From positions 27,651-91,650 of the forward strand of contig CAMTJU010000002.1 of NCBI GenBank assembly GCA_947073045.1: a DNA stretch of 64,000 nucleotides, given 5' to 3'. The notes below the pieces were generated by a model. That model made no database searches, was not told the origin of the DNA, and saw only the letters and a program-made list of their open reading frames with translations. Numbering within the stretch: the stretch's first letter is position 1; each line of letters starts with the position of its first letter. This DNA is from an uncultured Clostridia bacterium (GTDB taxonomy: Bacteria; Bacillota; Clostridia; Lachnospirales; CAMVHY01). Below are positions 8,954 to 18,525 of this stretch, one piece after another. The position numbers and the translations under genes are program-made.

Positions 8954-10678
8954 TTAATTAAATTTAGTTGTGTGCTGGAAATATTTAAATTTTTCCCACA
9001 CACCAAGTTTTGATAAATTAAAGCAAGCTGTAGAAATTGCTATCATAAACCAAAACAAAAGTACAATTCTATAATTATACCAAATGTTATCAGCAAGACC
9101 TTGTATTAAATATCCACTAAATCCTGCACACAAAGAAATTTTAAATGTTTTAACAAAATCATCACGCAAAAACTTGTTATTTAAAAATAAATTTTTATAG
9201 AACAAATAGATAATCAATAGCATAGTTAACGCGCCTGCTATTCCTAAATCAATTAAGATTTGTAAATAGAAATTATGTGAGTGTAGAGCATACGATGCAG
9301 ATAGTGCATATTTTTGAAAAATCAATATAAAAACCTGCGTGCCCAATCCAATTCCTATTGGCCAAAAATCTTTTATCATTCTCAATGAACCAATCCATAT
9401 TCCAACTCGATAAGAAGTTGAAGTATCAGCCATATTTCCTATACTCATAAATCTTTCGATAAAAGATTGCGGAATCAGCATCGGTAAAAATAAAAATAAA
9501 ACAAGTCCGAGCCACAAAAATTTTTTATCACGCAAGACAACAAAAATAACCATTGCGGCAATTAAACCAAGCCAAGCTCCTCTTGATAAAGTTAATAGCA
9601 TGCACACACAAAGCAAACACAAAATAGCAAACGAAACAAATTTGCACAATTTATTTTTAAAATAATATATACTGCCAAAAGTTATTGGAATCATAAATAA
9701 CAAATACTCGCCCAAAACATTTGGATTATCCAAAGTCGAATACACACGTATTGTATTATTTTCAAACATTTGTTCATCAATCCACATTTGTGTATCGATA
9801 GCCAAACCAAAATATTTTTGCAAAATACCAATTAAAGCTACAGTAGCAGATGACAAAATCATAAGAGAAACAATTGTAAACAAATCATCTTTATTGTTGA
9901 TAGTATTTTTTGCAACAAAATAAAAAGCAATAAATAATAAATAAACCGCAGCCACTTTAAAACTATCCATAGGAATATAAGAAATAAATACGCTATAGAA
10001 AATCAAAGTGCCAAAAAAAATTATAAACAGGTCAATTAAATTAAATGAAATTGAAAAATCGTTCGCAAGTAACAATTTAAGTACAAAAGAAAATATCGTG
10101 AGTAAAACAATTGCCAAAATAAATTTTGTTTTTATAATAGGGATTAAAAACGCGAGCGCAAACAAACCAATTTTTGTATTGTGTAATACCAAAAGTACAA
10201 AGAAAAAACCTGCTACTGATAAAAATGATTTTTTGATTCCAATAAAAAAAGACAGTGCAATAAAAATAATCAATAAAGATGAAATAAAAATAAGATTAGA
10301 TTTATTGTCTGAGCGTTTTAATTTTATACCGAAAAAATCAGACAAAAATTTAAATAGCAATGAAGATAATAAAACTTTGGGAACATACGGCTCAAATATT
10401 TTGTCTAAAAATTGTTTTGTGAAACTGTTATCGAAAATGAAATATATAAATCTTTTTGGAAACAAAATTATTTTCATTAAAAAATTCAGGATGCTATAGC
10501 AAAATGATTTCAAGAAAAAATTATTGCCTCCAATATCATGAAAAAATATTTTATAGAAAAAACTTGAGTATATAATTTTTCTAGCGAACTCCAAAATTTT
10601 TTCGCTTACATCAAATAAAATACTTTGCTTATAAATTCGCTTAAATAAAAATTTAACTTTTTTAGCTTGCATAATCAA
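8954..10678 (-). CDS. O-antigen ligase (Wzy_C)-family polytopic membrane protein
   Basis: More than 10 predicted TM helices and the characteristic loop LTLSRGAWLGLIAAMVIF. Confidence 0.6.
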   Translation of the reverse strand: MIMQAKKVKFLFKRIYKQSILFDVSEKILEFARKIIYSSFFYKIFFHDIGGNNFFLKSFCYSILNFLMKIILFPKRFIYFIFDNSFTKQFLDKIFEPYVPKVLLSSLLFKFLSDFFGIKLKRSDNKSNLIFISSLLIIFIALSFFIGIKKSFLSVAGFFFVLLVLHNTKIGLFALAFLIPIIKTKFILAIVLLTIFSFVLKLLLANDFSISFNLIDLFIIFFGTLIFYSVFISYIPMDSFKVAAVYLLFIAFYFVAKNTINNKDDLFTIVSLMILSSATVALIGILQKYFGLAIDTQMWIDEQMFENNTIRVYSTLDNPNVLGEYLLFMIPITFGSIYYFKNKLCKFVSFAILCLLCVCMLLTLSRGAWLGLIAAMVIFVVLRDKKFLWLGLVLFLFLPMLIPQSFIERFMSIGNMADTSTSYRVGIWIGSLRMIKDFWPIGIGLGTQVFILIFQKYALSASYALHSHNFYLQILIDLGIAGALTMLLIIYLFYKNLFLNNKFLRDDFVKTFKISLCAGFSGYLIQGLADNIWYNYRIVLLFWFMIAISTACFNLSKLGVWEKFKYFQHTTKFN

Positions 10679-10809
10679 TCTCCCAAAAAATTATTTTACA
10701 CATTAGAATTTTAAGGCGTATAATCTATTTTGTCAAACAAAAATTTATTAGAGGACGGCGAAAAAAAATTTTACTCGATAATTTTCTTGATACCTTAAAA
10801 AAATATAAC

Positions 10810-12105
10810 ATGATTGCGCAATCAGATAAAATAATTTTAGCAATATCCGGCGGCATTGATTCTGTATGTATGCTGGATTTATTTTTGCGCATTAAATCCA
10901 AATTTAATTTAGAAATTATTGTAGCACATTTAAATCATAATTTACGCAGCAATGAATCCGACATGGACGAAATCTTTGTGAAAAATTTGTGCCAAAGCAA
11001 AAATATTATTTTTGAAAGCAGAAAAATTTCTGTAAAAGATTTCGCATTGAAAAATAAAATTACACTTGAAGAAGCTGGCCGTATCTGCAGATATAATTTT
11101 TTTTATGAGCTACAAAAAAAATATAACGCAAATAAAATTTCTATAGCTCACAATAAAAATGATAATGCCGAAACAATTTTAATGAATATAATTCGTGGAT
11201 GTGGTGCATTGTGTGGAATAAAACCTGTCAATGGAAAAATCATTCGTCCGCTGATAAATATTACTCGTGATGAAATTGAAAGCTATTGCGCAAAAAATTC
11301 ACTTGAATTTCGCATAGATTCTTCAAATTTAAATTGTGAGTTTACGCGAAACAAAATTAGGAATTTAATAATGCCAACTCTTTTAGAAATTAATCCAAAT
11401 TTATTAGAAACACTTGTGCGTTCGTCAAAAATAATTTGTGAAGAAAGTGAATACTTAAATGAATTAGCGCAAAAAATTATAAATAAGTTCGAGGATAAAA
11501 ATAAAATTCCAATAGAAAAAATAGATTCACTTTCAAAAGTATTACAGAGCAAAATTATACACATAATAATAAAAAAGATTGAGCCATGCGATATTTCTTC
11601 TTGGCATATAAATTCTGTATTAGAATTAAAAAATAAGCAAAACGGGAAAAAAATTTATCTGCCACACAATCTTATTGCTCAAAAATGTTTCGATGATATA
11701 ATTTTTTATAGAGACACCAATAAAAACTTTCATCACCAAAATAATTTTAAATACGAAATACAAATTAATAAACCTGTATTTATTAAACAAATTAAAAAAA
11801 AATTGTGCGTTTCTGATAAAAAACTCGATATTAAAAACAAAACACTCTGTACAAAAATGTTTTATTGTGATAATATTGATAAAATAACAGTAAGAAATTA
11901 TATTGCGGGCGATAAAATATATTTTAAAAATCTGGGGCATAAAAAATTAAAAAAAATATTTGCTGAAAAAAAATTGCCCCCTCAAATTTTTAATTCTTTC
12001 GCACTTTTAGCCGTCAATAATGTTATTGTTTGGATTATTGACGAAAATATAATTTCTAATAATGACTGTGGACAAAAATATTTTGTTTCTACCTGGGAGG
12101 ATTAA
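10810..12105 (+). CDS. tilS: tRNA(Ile)-lysidine synthetase
   Basis: PP-loop ISGGIDSVCM; canonical tilS-hpt-ftsH synteny. Confidence 0.85.
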   Translation: MIAQSDKIILAISGGIDSVCMLDLFLRIKSKFNLEIIVAHLNHNLRSNESDMDEIFVKNLCQSKNIIFESRKISVKDFALKNKITLEEAGRICRYNFFYELQKKYNANKISIAHNKNDNAETILMNIIRGCGALCGIKPVNGKIIRPLINITRDEIESYCAKNSLEFRIDSSNLNCEFTRNKIRNLIMPTLLEINPNLLETLVRSSKIICEESEYLNELAQKIINKFEDKNKIPIEKIDSLSKVLQSKIIHIIIKKIEPCDISSWHINSVLELKNKQNGKKIYLPHNLIAQKCFDDIIFYRDTNKNFHHQNNFKYEIQINKPVFIKQIKKKLCVSDKKLDIKNKTLCTKMFYCDNIDKITVRNYIAGDKIYFKNLGHKKLKKIFAEKKLPPQIFNSFALLAVNNVIVWIIDENIISNNDCGQKYFVSTWED

Positions 12106-12107
12106 AA

Positions 12108-12641
12108 ATGCTAAAAGATATCACATCTGAGCTAAAAGTTTTAATTGACAAACAAAAACTTGATTCAAGAATTCATGAATTGGCAAAACAAATTTCAACT
12201 GATTTTAAAAATAAACCTGTTACTTTAATTCCCGTTCTTAAGGGAAGTATTTTTTTTGCTGTAGACTTAGCAAAAGAATTGGATCTTATTTTTGATATGG
12301 AATTTATTGAAATTTCAAGTTACGGCAATGATTATCAAAGCAGTGGCAATATTACCGTTAAAAATGATTTCCAAGGCTCTTCGTCCGATAAACATTTCAT
12401 TATTGTTGAAGATATAGTAGATACCGGATGTTCATTGTCATTTTTAACGCAATATCTAAAAAAATTTAATCCACTTAGTATTTCAACTTGCATTCTTCTA
12501 GACAAACCTGAACGCCGCAAGGTTAACGTTGCTACTAACTACGTTGGCTTTACTATACCTGATAAATTTGTTGTAGGATATGGCCTTGATTACTGCAACC
12601 ATTTTAGAAATATAAATTATGTAGGATATCTGGAAAACTAA
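12108..12641 (+). CDS. hpt: Hypoxanthine phosphoribosyltransferase
   Basis: PRPP-binding motif IIVEDIVDTGCSL; GGAGG SD. Confidence 0.9.
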   Translation: MLKDITSELKVLIDKQKLDSRIHELAKQISTDFKNKPVTLIPVLKGSIFFAVDLAKELDLIFDMEFIEISSYGNDYQSSGNITVKNDFQGSSSDKHFIIVEDIVDTGCSLSFLTQYLKKFNPLSISTCILLDKPERRKVNVATNYVGFTIPDKFVVGYGLDYCNHFRNINYVGYLEN

Positions 12642-12654
12642 AGGAGGATTTAAA

Positions 12655-14481
12655 TTGAAAAAGTATTCTAAAACTCTTTCGGCTTATTTGGCAATATTTT
12701 TATTGATAATTTCTGCTTTTTCGCTATACAATCTTTTTGCACCTCAAAAATCTACTGAAAATTATGTATATAGTGATTTGTTAAAATCCATGGAGGCCGG
12801 ATTTGTTAAAAACTTAGAAATAAGTCGCGACACTGATATTAGTGACAGTGGAACTGTGAAAGTTGTTTTCGCTAACGGAAAATCTGAAATAATGCAAATT
12901 CCAAGTATGTCTAGCTTTATGGATTTGGCTAATAAATATTCGGCTTTATATGGTTTTTCTATCCAGACTGATCCAACTCCAAAAGCCGGTTTTTTAATAC
13001 AACTTGTTTCACCTTTATTAATGATGCTCTTTTCTGTATTTGTTTTGCTATTTATTATGCAGAAAATGGGTGGTGGCTCAGGTGGAGGAAAAATTTTATC
13101 CTTTGGCTCAAGCAAAGCTAAAGCTATTCAATCTGATAAAAACAAAGTTACTTTTAACGACGTAGCTGGATTAGATGAAGAAAAAGTTGAGCTACAAGAA
13201 CTTGTGGAATTTCTCAAATCTCCTAAAAAATTTATGGATATAGGTGCAAGAATACCTAAGGGTATTTTGTTGGTTGGTCCACCCGGTACAGGAAAAACTT
13301 TACTTGCTAAAGCTGTAGCCGGAGAAGCAGGCGTACCTTTTTTTAGTATGTCTGGTTCAGATTTCGTCGAAATGTTTGTCGGAGTTGGTGCGTCACGTGT
13401 TAGAGATCTCTTTGAACAAGCTAAAAAAAATTCCCCATGTATAATCTTTATTGATGAAATTGATGCTGTCGGAAGAAGGCGCGGTGCTGGTCTTGGTGGA
13501 GGTCACGATGAACGTGAACAAACTCTTAATCAATTATTGGTTGAGATGGATGGCTTTGGTTTGAATCAAGGCGTAATTGTTGTGGCTGCAACAAATCGCC
13601 CAGATATTTTGGATCCTGCACTTTTAAGACCAGGCAGATTCGACAGACAAGTTGTTGTTGGTCGCCCTGATGTTAAAGGACGCGAAGAAATTTTGAAAGT
13701 TCATTCAAAAAGTAAAATAATCGGTGAAGATGTGGATTTAAAAGTTGTTGCGCAAACAACTGCAGGATTTACTGGCGCTGATTTGGAAAATTTATTAAAT
13801 GAGGCTGCACTTTTGGCTGCCCGCGCAAACAAAAAAGAAATTACAATGGAAGAAATGCGTCGTGCATTTGTTAAGGTTGGAATTGGTACGGAAAAGAAAA
13901 GTCGTGTAATATCTGACAAAGAAAAGAAAATTACTGCATATCACGAAGCAGGACATGCCATTTTGTTTGAAAAATTATCTGAGCTTGACCCCGTTCATAT
14001 GATTTCTATAATCCCAACAGGAATGGCTGGCGGTTATACAATGAATATTCCAAGTGAGGAACATAGCTACGTTACGAAAAAAAATATGGAGCAAACAATT
14101 GTTTCACTTTTAGGCGGAAGAGCTGCTGAAGCATTAGTAATAGAAGATATCACAACTGGTGCCTCAAACGATATTGAACGTGCAACAAATATAGCTCGCA
14201 ATATGGTTACCAAATACGGAATGAGCGAAAAACTTGGTCCAATGCAATTTGGAGATAATGACGAAGAAGTATTTTTAGGACGCGACATCGGTCATACAAG
14301 AAATTACAGTGAAAAAATTGCATGCGAGATTGACGATGAAATCAAATCCATTATAAAAAATGCATACGAACAAGCAAAAACAATTATAAAAGAAAATATA
14401 GCTGTTCTTCATAAAGCCGCAGCATTATTAATCGAAAAAGAAAAAATAACTGGTGATGAATTCAGGCTCTTGTTTAATTAA
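12655..14481 (+). CDS. ftsH: ATP-dependent zinc metalloprotease FtsH
   Basis: Two N-terminal TM helices, Walker A GPPGTGKT, Walker B IIFIDEID, zinc motif HEAGHA; TTG start 7 nt after AGGAGG. Confidence 0.95.
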   Translation: MKKYSKTLSAYLAIFLLIISAFSLYNLFAPQKSTENYVYSDLLKSMEAGFVKNLEISRDTDISDSGTVKVVFANGKSEIMQIPSMSSFMDLANKYSALYGFSIQTDPTPKAGFLIQLVSPLLMMLFSVFVLLFIMQKMGGGSGGGKILSFGSSKAKAIQSDKNKVTFNDVAGLDEEKVELQELVEFLKSPKKFMDIGARIPKGILLVGPPGTGKTLLAKAVAGEAGVPFFSMSGSDFVEMFVGVGASRVRDLFEQAKKNSPCIIFIDEIDAVGRRRGAGLGGGHDEREQTLNQLLVEMDGFGLNQGVIVVAATNRPDILDPALLRPGRFDRQVVVGRPDVKGREEILKVHSKSKIIGEDVDLKVVAQTTAGFTGADLENLLNEAALLAARANKKEITMEEMRRAFVKVGIGTEKKSRVISDKEKKITAYHEAGHAILFEKLSELDPVHMISIIPTGMAGGYTMNIPSEEHSYVTKKNMEQTIVSLLGGRAAEALVIEDITTGASNDIERATNIARNMVTKYGMSEKLGPMQFGDNDEEVFLGRDIGHTRNYSEKIACEIDDEIKSIIKNAYEQAKTIIKENIAVLHKAAALLIEKEKITGDEFRLLFN

Positions 14482-14495
14482 GATTTTTCAATACA

Positions 14496-14528
14496 AAAGA
14501 AAGATTATTTAATAATCTTTCTTTTTTT
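14496..14528 (+). terminator. Rho-independent terminator of ftsH
   Basis: AAAGAAAGATTATT / AATAATCTTTCTTT inverted repeat followed by a T-run. Confidence 0.7.
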
Positions 14529-14583
14529 AGTACCATTGTGAATGTATTGCAGAGATTATGGAGTTTGCTGTTGATTCTGCAAA

Positions 14584-14618
14584 CAAAAAAACAGTATCTA
14601 GAAAGATACTGTTTTTTA
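14584..14618 (-). terminator. Terminator of lysS (bidirectional shape)
   Basis: ACAGTATCT-AGAA-AGATACTGT stem-loop flanked by an A-run and a T-run. Confidence 0.7.
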
Positions 14619-14644
14619 TTGAAAAGCTTTTATTTTATAAGACT

Positions 14645-16111
14645 TTAATTATCCAACGGCTTCATCGTCGGAAAAAGCAAAACATCTCTAATTGAAGCTG
14701 AATCCGTAAAAAGCATTACGAGTCTGTCTATGCCAATTCCCAATCCACCTGTCGGCGGCATTCCATATTCCATAGCAATTAAAAATTCTTCATCAATCAT
14801 ATTTGCTTCATCATCGCCAGCATTACGTAATTTTTCTTGATACATAAATCTTTGTCTTTGATCTTGCGGATCATTTAATTCTGAATAAGCGTTTGCATAT
14901 TCGCGTCCCATTATAAATAATTCAAATCGTTCAGTATAATCTGGATTATTTATCTTGCGTTTTGTAAGCGGTGAAATTTCTACTGGATGATCAAGCAAAA
15001 ACGTTGGCATTATCAATTTTTTTTCTGCATACTCTTCAAAAAATATATTTAAAATATCGCCTTTGGTGTGATAATCCTCATATTTTAATTTATGCTCGTC
15101 GGCAATTTTTTTAGCTTGCTCCAAATCCAATTTATCAAAATCTACATTGCAATATTTTTTTACTACATCGAGCATAGTTATTCTTTCAAATGGCTTTTCA
15201 AAATCAATTTCGACATCAGAATATTTTATAACATAACTACCAAAAACACTTTTGGCTATAAATCTAAGCAATTCTTCAGTTAGATTCATCATATCGTTAT
15301 AGTCAGCATAAGCTTCATATAATTCAAGCAAAGTAAATTCCGGATTATGTTTAATACTAAGCCCTTCGTTTCTAAAAACTCGCCCCATTTCATAAACTTT
15401 ATTAAATCCACCAATAATTAATTTTTTAAGTGGTAATTCCAATGCAATTCGCATATACATATCAATATTGAGAGCATTATGGTGAGTAATGAAAGGGCGA
15501 GCATTAGCTCCACCAGGAATAGTTTGTAAAATAGGTGTTTCAACTTCCAAAAACTTTTTATCTGCCAAAAATTTTCTTATACAGCTAATAATATTTGAGC
15601 GAACAATAAATTTCTTTTTTACATCGTCATTTACAATCAAATCCAAATATCTTTGTCGATAACGAATTTCCTGGTCAGTTAAACCATGAAATTTTTCAGG
15701 AAGTGGCCTAAAACTTTTTGATAAGAGAATAATTTTTTGAACACGTATAGATATTTCTCCTTTGTGTGTTTTAAAAACTATTCCACTGACTCCCACAAAA
15801 TCTCCTATATCAAATTTTTTAAACTCAGCGTATGAATCAACACCAACTTCATCCCGTTTAACATAAATTTGTATTTTATCAGATGAATCTTTCAAATCAC
15901 AAAACGACGCTTTACCCATAATTCTTTTGGTGATTAATCTTCCGGCAACACTAACTTCTTTTCCTTCGTATTCATTAAATTTTTCAATTATGGATTTATT
16001 TTGTGCGTTAACTTCAAATTTAGTTATATCAAATGGATTTTTGCCATTGTTTTTTAGTTCTTTTAATTTTTCCATACGAACATCAATTAAATTGTTGATA
16101 TCTTCACTCAT
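14645..16111 (-). CDS. lysS: Lysyl-tRNA synthetase (class II)
   Basis: Full-length class II LysRS: OB anticodon-binding domain, then motifs FRNEG, ELNDP and GGLGIGIDRL. Track start is a GTG inside AAGGTGA; ATG 16111 gives MSEDINN. Confidence 0.95.
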   Translation of the reverse strand: MSEDINNLIDVRMEKLKELKNNGKNPFDITKFEVNAQNKSIIEKFNEYEGKEVSVAGRLITKRIMGKASFCDLKDSSDKIQIYVKRDEVGVDSYAEFKKFDIGDFVGVSGIVFKTHKGEISIRVQKIILLSKSFRPLPEKFHGLTDQEIRYRQRYLDLIVNDDVKKKFIVRSNIISCIRKFLADKKFLEVETPILQTIPGGANARPFITHHNALNIDMYMRIALELPLKKLIIGGFNKVYEMGRVFRNEGLSIKHNPEFTLLELYEAYADYNDMMNLTEELLRFIAKSVFGSYVIKYSDVEIDFEKPFERITMLDVVKKYCNVDFDKLDLEQAKKIADEHKLKYEDYHTKGDILNIFFEEYAEKKLIMPTFLLDHPVEISPLTKRKINNPDYTERFELFIMGREYANAYSELNDPQDQRQRFMYQEKLRNAGDDEANMIDEEFLIAMEYGMPPTGGLGIGIDRLVMLFTDSASIRDVLLFPTMKPLDN

Positions 16112-16173
16112 AAATTTGTTCACCTTTTATTTTTTGATTTGTTCACAGCTTGTACTAATGTTAATTGTTTTTT

Positions 16174-16370
16174 TAGTAGTTTAAGTAGTAGAGAATGTTG
16201 ATATGTAGAAATCATATTGAAAGCTGCAAGAATAGCAAAAAAAATAAATTAATAACTTTGTTGATAAATTGTTTCAAACTGAAAACTAATTAACATTATA
16301 CACAAAAAAGAATTTAATTTTAACTTATCAACAATCTTTTAACAAAAAAATTAACACAAATTGTTGATAA
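16174..16370. other. oriC part 1: DnaA-box cluster and TAG-trio-like run between dnaA and lysS
   Basis: TGTTGATAT 16196-16204, TGTTGATAA 16259-16267, TTATCAACA 16325-16333, TGTTGATAA 16362-16370 (1-2 mismatches to TTATCCACA). TAGTAG (16174-16179) and TAGTAG (16186-16191) lie 4 nt from the first box. Confidence 0.7.
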
Positions 16371-16389
16371 TTTGATTTTGAAATTTCAT

Positions 16390-17715
16390 TTATTCACCTT
16401 TAATTTTTTTCTCAAGTTCGTCTATTGTTTTTTGAAGCTTTGGATTATTTTCAATTTCCGTGAATATTTTATCGCATCCATGAATAATAGTAGAATGGTC
16501 ACGTCCACCAAATCTTTCGCCAATTTTGGGAAGCGACATGTCTATTAATTTTCTTGATAAATACATAGCAATTTGACGTGGGTATGCAATAGTTTGCGTT
16601 CGTTTTTTCCCGCGCATATCTTCTACAGTTATATTATAATAATTTGCTACGATTTCTTGTATAAATTCTACAGTTATGTCTGGTTTTGGTGAATCTATTA
16701 TTAAATCACGAAGAGCTTGTTCTGCAAGTTCAATTGTAATTTGCATATTAGTTAATTTTGAGTATGCAGCAACTTTATTTAGTGCGCCTTCTAATTCTCG
16801 TATGTTAGAAACAATATTTTTAGCTATAAATTTTGTAACTTCAGTAGGAATTTTAATATGGTCGAGCTCAGCTTTTTTTTCAACAATAGCTGTACGTGTT
16901 TCAAAATCTGGCAAGGTTATATCAACTATCAATCCGCAGCCAAATCTGGATCTTAATCTCTCTTCCAAAGTTTTAATTTCTTTTGGAGGCTGATCACTTG
17001 AAATTACAATTTGTTTATTTGCTTCGTATAAAGTGTTGAAAGTATGGAAAAACTCTTCTTGGGTTCCTTCTTTATCAGAAAGAAATTGTATATCGTCTAT
17101 TAACAAAACGTCTATGTCGCGGTATTTATTACGAAATTCTTGATTTTTTCTCTCACGAATTGAATTTATTAATTCGTTTGTAAAAGTTTCGGTTGAGGCA
17201 TAAAGAACTTTTGTATTTGGATTTTGATTTAGTATGTAATTACCAATTGAATGCATAAGATGAGTTTTGCCAAGTCCAACTCCTCCGTATAAAAACAATG
17301 GGTTATATGTAGTTTTTCCAGGAGCTTCAGCAATTGCTAGAGCTGCTGCATATGCAAGTTCATTGCTTTTGCCGCGTACAAATGTTTCAAAAATATATTT
17401 GGGATTAAGATTATTGTTGGACGAAGATTTAATTTTTTTATTAGGTTTATTACTTAAATCAGCCTCGGTTACAATTTTTGCAATGATATCTGAATTGCAA
17501 ACAGATTGGAGGATATTTATTATTTTATCAAGGTAACGCTGTTCAATAGTATTTTTGAAAAAATTTTGTTCGGTTTTGAGGATTAGGCAATTATTTTCTA
17601 AAGACATTGGAATAAGTTTTTTAATCCAAGTATTAAAGACGACTTCAGTAAATTCACTTTCAAGTAATTTTAAAGTATCAGCCCAAAGTGATTTTACATC
17701 GTTATAATTGTGCAT
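16390..17715 (-). CDS. dnaA: Chromosomal replication initiator DnaA
   Basis: AAA+ Walker A GGVGLGKTHL, Walker B LLIDDIQF, C-terminal DNA-binding domain (DHSTIIH); GGAGGTGGA SD. Confidence 0.95.
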   Translation of the reverse strand: MHNYNDVKSLWADTLKLLESEFTEVVFNTWIKKLIPMSLENNCLILKTEQNFFKNTIEQRYLDKIINILQSVCNSDIIAKIVTEADLSNKPNKKIKSSSNNNLNPKYIFETFVRGKSNELAYAAALAIAEAPGKTTYNPLFLYGGVGLGKTHLMHSIGNYILNQNPNTKVLYASTETFTNELINSIRERKNQEFRNKYRDIDVLLIDDIQFLSDKEGTQEEFFHTFNTLYEANKQIVISSDQPPKEIKTLEERLRSRFGCGLIVDITLPDFETRTAIVEKKAELDHIKIPTEVTKFIAKNIVSNIRELEGALNKVAAYSKLTNMQITIELAEQALRDLIIDSPKPDITVEFIQEIVANYYNITVEDMRGKKRTQTIAYPRQIAMYLSRKLIDMSLPKIGERFGGRDHSTIIHGCDKIFTEIENNPKLQKTIDELEKKIKGE

Positions 17716-17810
17716 AAGTCCACCTCCAATTTTTTATGTTAATAAGTAATTTGTTAATATGTGCATAAAAATTATTTATATGTGCCTATTTGTAATGCAA
17801 TATATACATA

Positions 17811-17970
17811 TGTTGATAATTTTATATACAACATAATACAAGTTTATAATGAAATTTTTGAAAAATATACATAAGTTATTAACAATTTTATCAACAGCAT
17901 GTGAATAACTTTCCGGAAAATTCAATTTATCAACACATAGATTTAATGTTATCAAAAAATCTGTTGATAA
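17811..17970. other. oriC part 2: DnaA-box cluster upstream of dnaA
   Basis: TGTTGATAA 17811-17819, TTATCAACA 17888-17896, TGTGAATAA 17900-17908, TTATCAACA 17927-17935, TGTTGATAA 17962-17970. Confidence 0.7.
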
Positions 17971-18058
17971 TCAAGTTAATTAATTTGATGTGAAAAATTT
18001 TTTGTCAAAATACGTACAAATAGGCAATTATATATCTTTGAGCGATAAACTAAAATTG

Positions 18059-18367
18059 TTACGTAAGAGAATTTAGGCGCTCATCAAAAAACTGCTCGAT
18101 ACATTCTTCAAGGTTAAAATCCATTTTTTTGGCAAGAACGGCTAGCCACCATACACATTCGCCAATCTTAAATGGTAGCAAATCCTTATTTTCGCTTGAT
18201 TATCGCAATTGCTGGGCCATTGTCAATCTGCCAACCAAACCTGCATCCGTAAGAAAAGCCAAGGCATCTTCTTCGACAGACCATTTTGAACCATGAAGCG
18301 ACATTTCTAATTTGTGATAAAGCTCGCGTATTTTTTCCGATTTTTCACACATATCTTTTATATCCAT
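18059..18367 (-). pseudogene. MazG-like nucleotide pyrophosphohydrolase with one in-frame TAA
   Basis: Hand translation: MDIKDMCEKSEKIRELYHKLEMSLHGSKWSVEEDALAFLTDAGLVGRLTMAQQLR * SSENKDLLPFKIGECVWWLAVLAKKMDFNLEECIEQFFDERLNSLT*. The stop is at 18200-18202 and the frame is unchanged across it. Missing from the ORF track because each half is under 60 aa. GGGGGA SD and a TTGACG-17-TAGAAT promoter are intact. Confidence 0.6.
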
Positions 18368-18399
18368 GACAATCCCCCAAGTTTAAATTTATCGCACTA

Positions 18400-18428
18400 A
18401 TTCTAACACAGCCAGTTTCAAGCGTCAA
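18400..18428 (-). promoter_or_regulatory. Candidate sigma-A promoter of the MazG-like gene
   Basis: Minus strand: TTGACG (18423-18428), 17-nt spacer, TAGAAT (18400-18405). Confidence 0.45.
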
Positions 18429-18472
18429 TGTAAAATTGACACAGTGGCAATTATATTTTTAAAATAAAAAAG

Positions 18473-18506
18473 TTAAAAAAAATCATGCATACGCATGATT
18501 TTTTTA
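18473..18506 (-). terminator. Rho-independent terminator of the ABC operon
   Basis: ATCATGC-ATAC-GCATGAT stem-loop; T-run on the minus strand; just downstream of the stop at 18526. Confidence 0.7.
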
Positions 18507-18525
18507 AAAGGATTTAGAAATGAAA

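Noticed and set aside
18200-18202. In-frame TAA in the MazG-like gene as evidence for stop-codon reassignment.
   Set aside because: TAA terminates many clearly full-length genes in this window (for example mreB, ftsH and dapB). TGA and TAG are also used as stops, so the standard code fits. A single nonsense mutation or a sequencing error is more economical.
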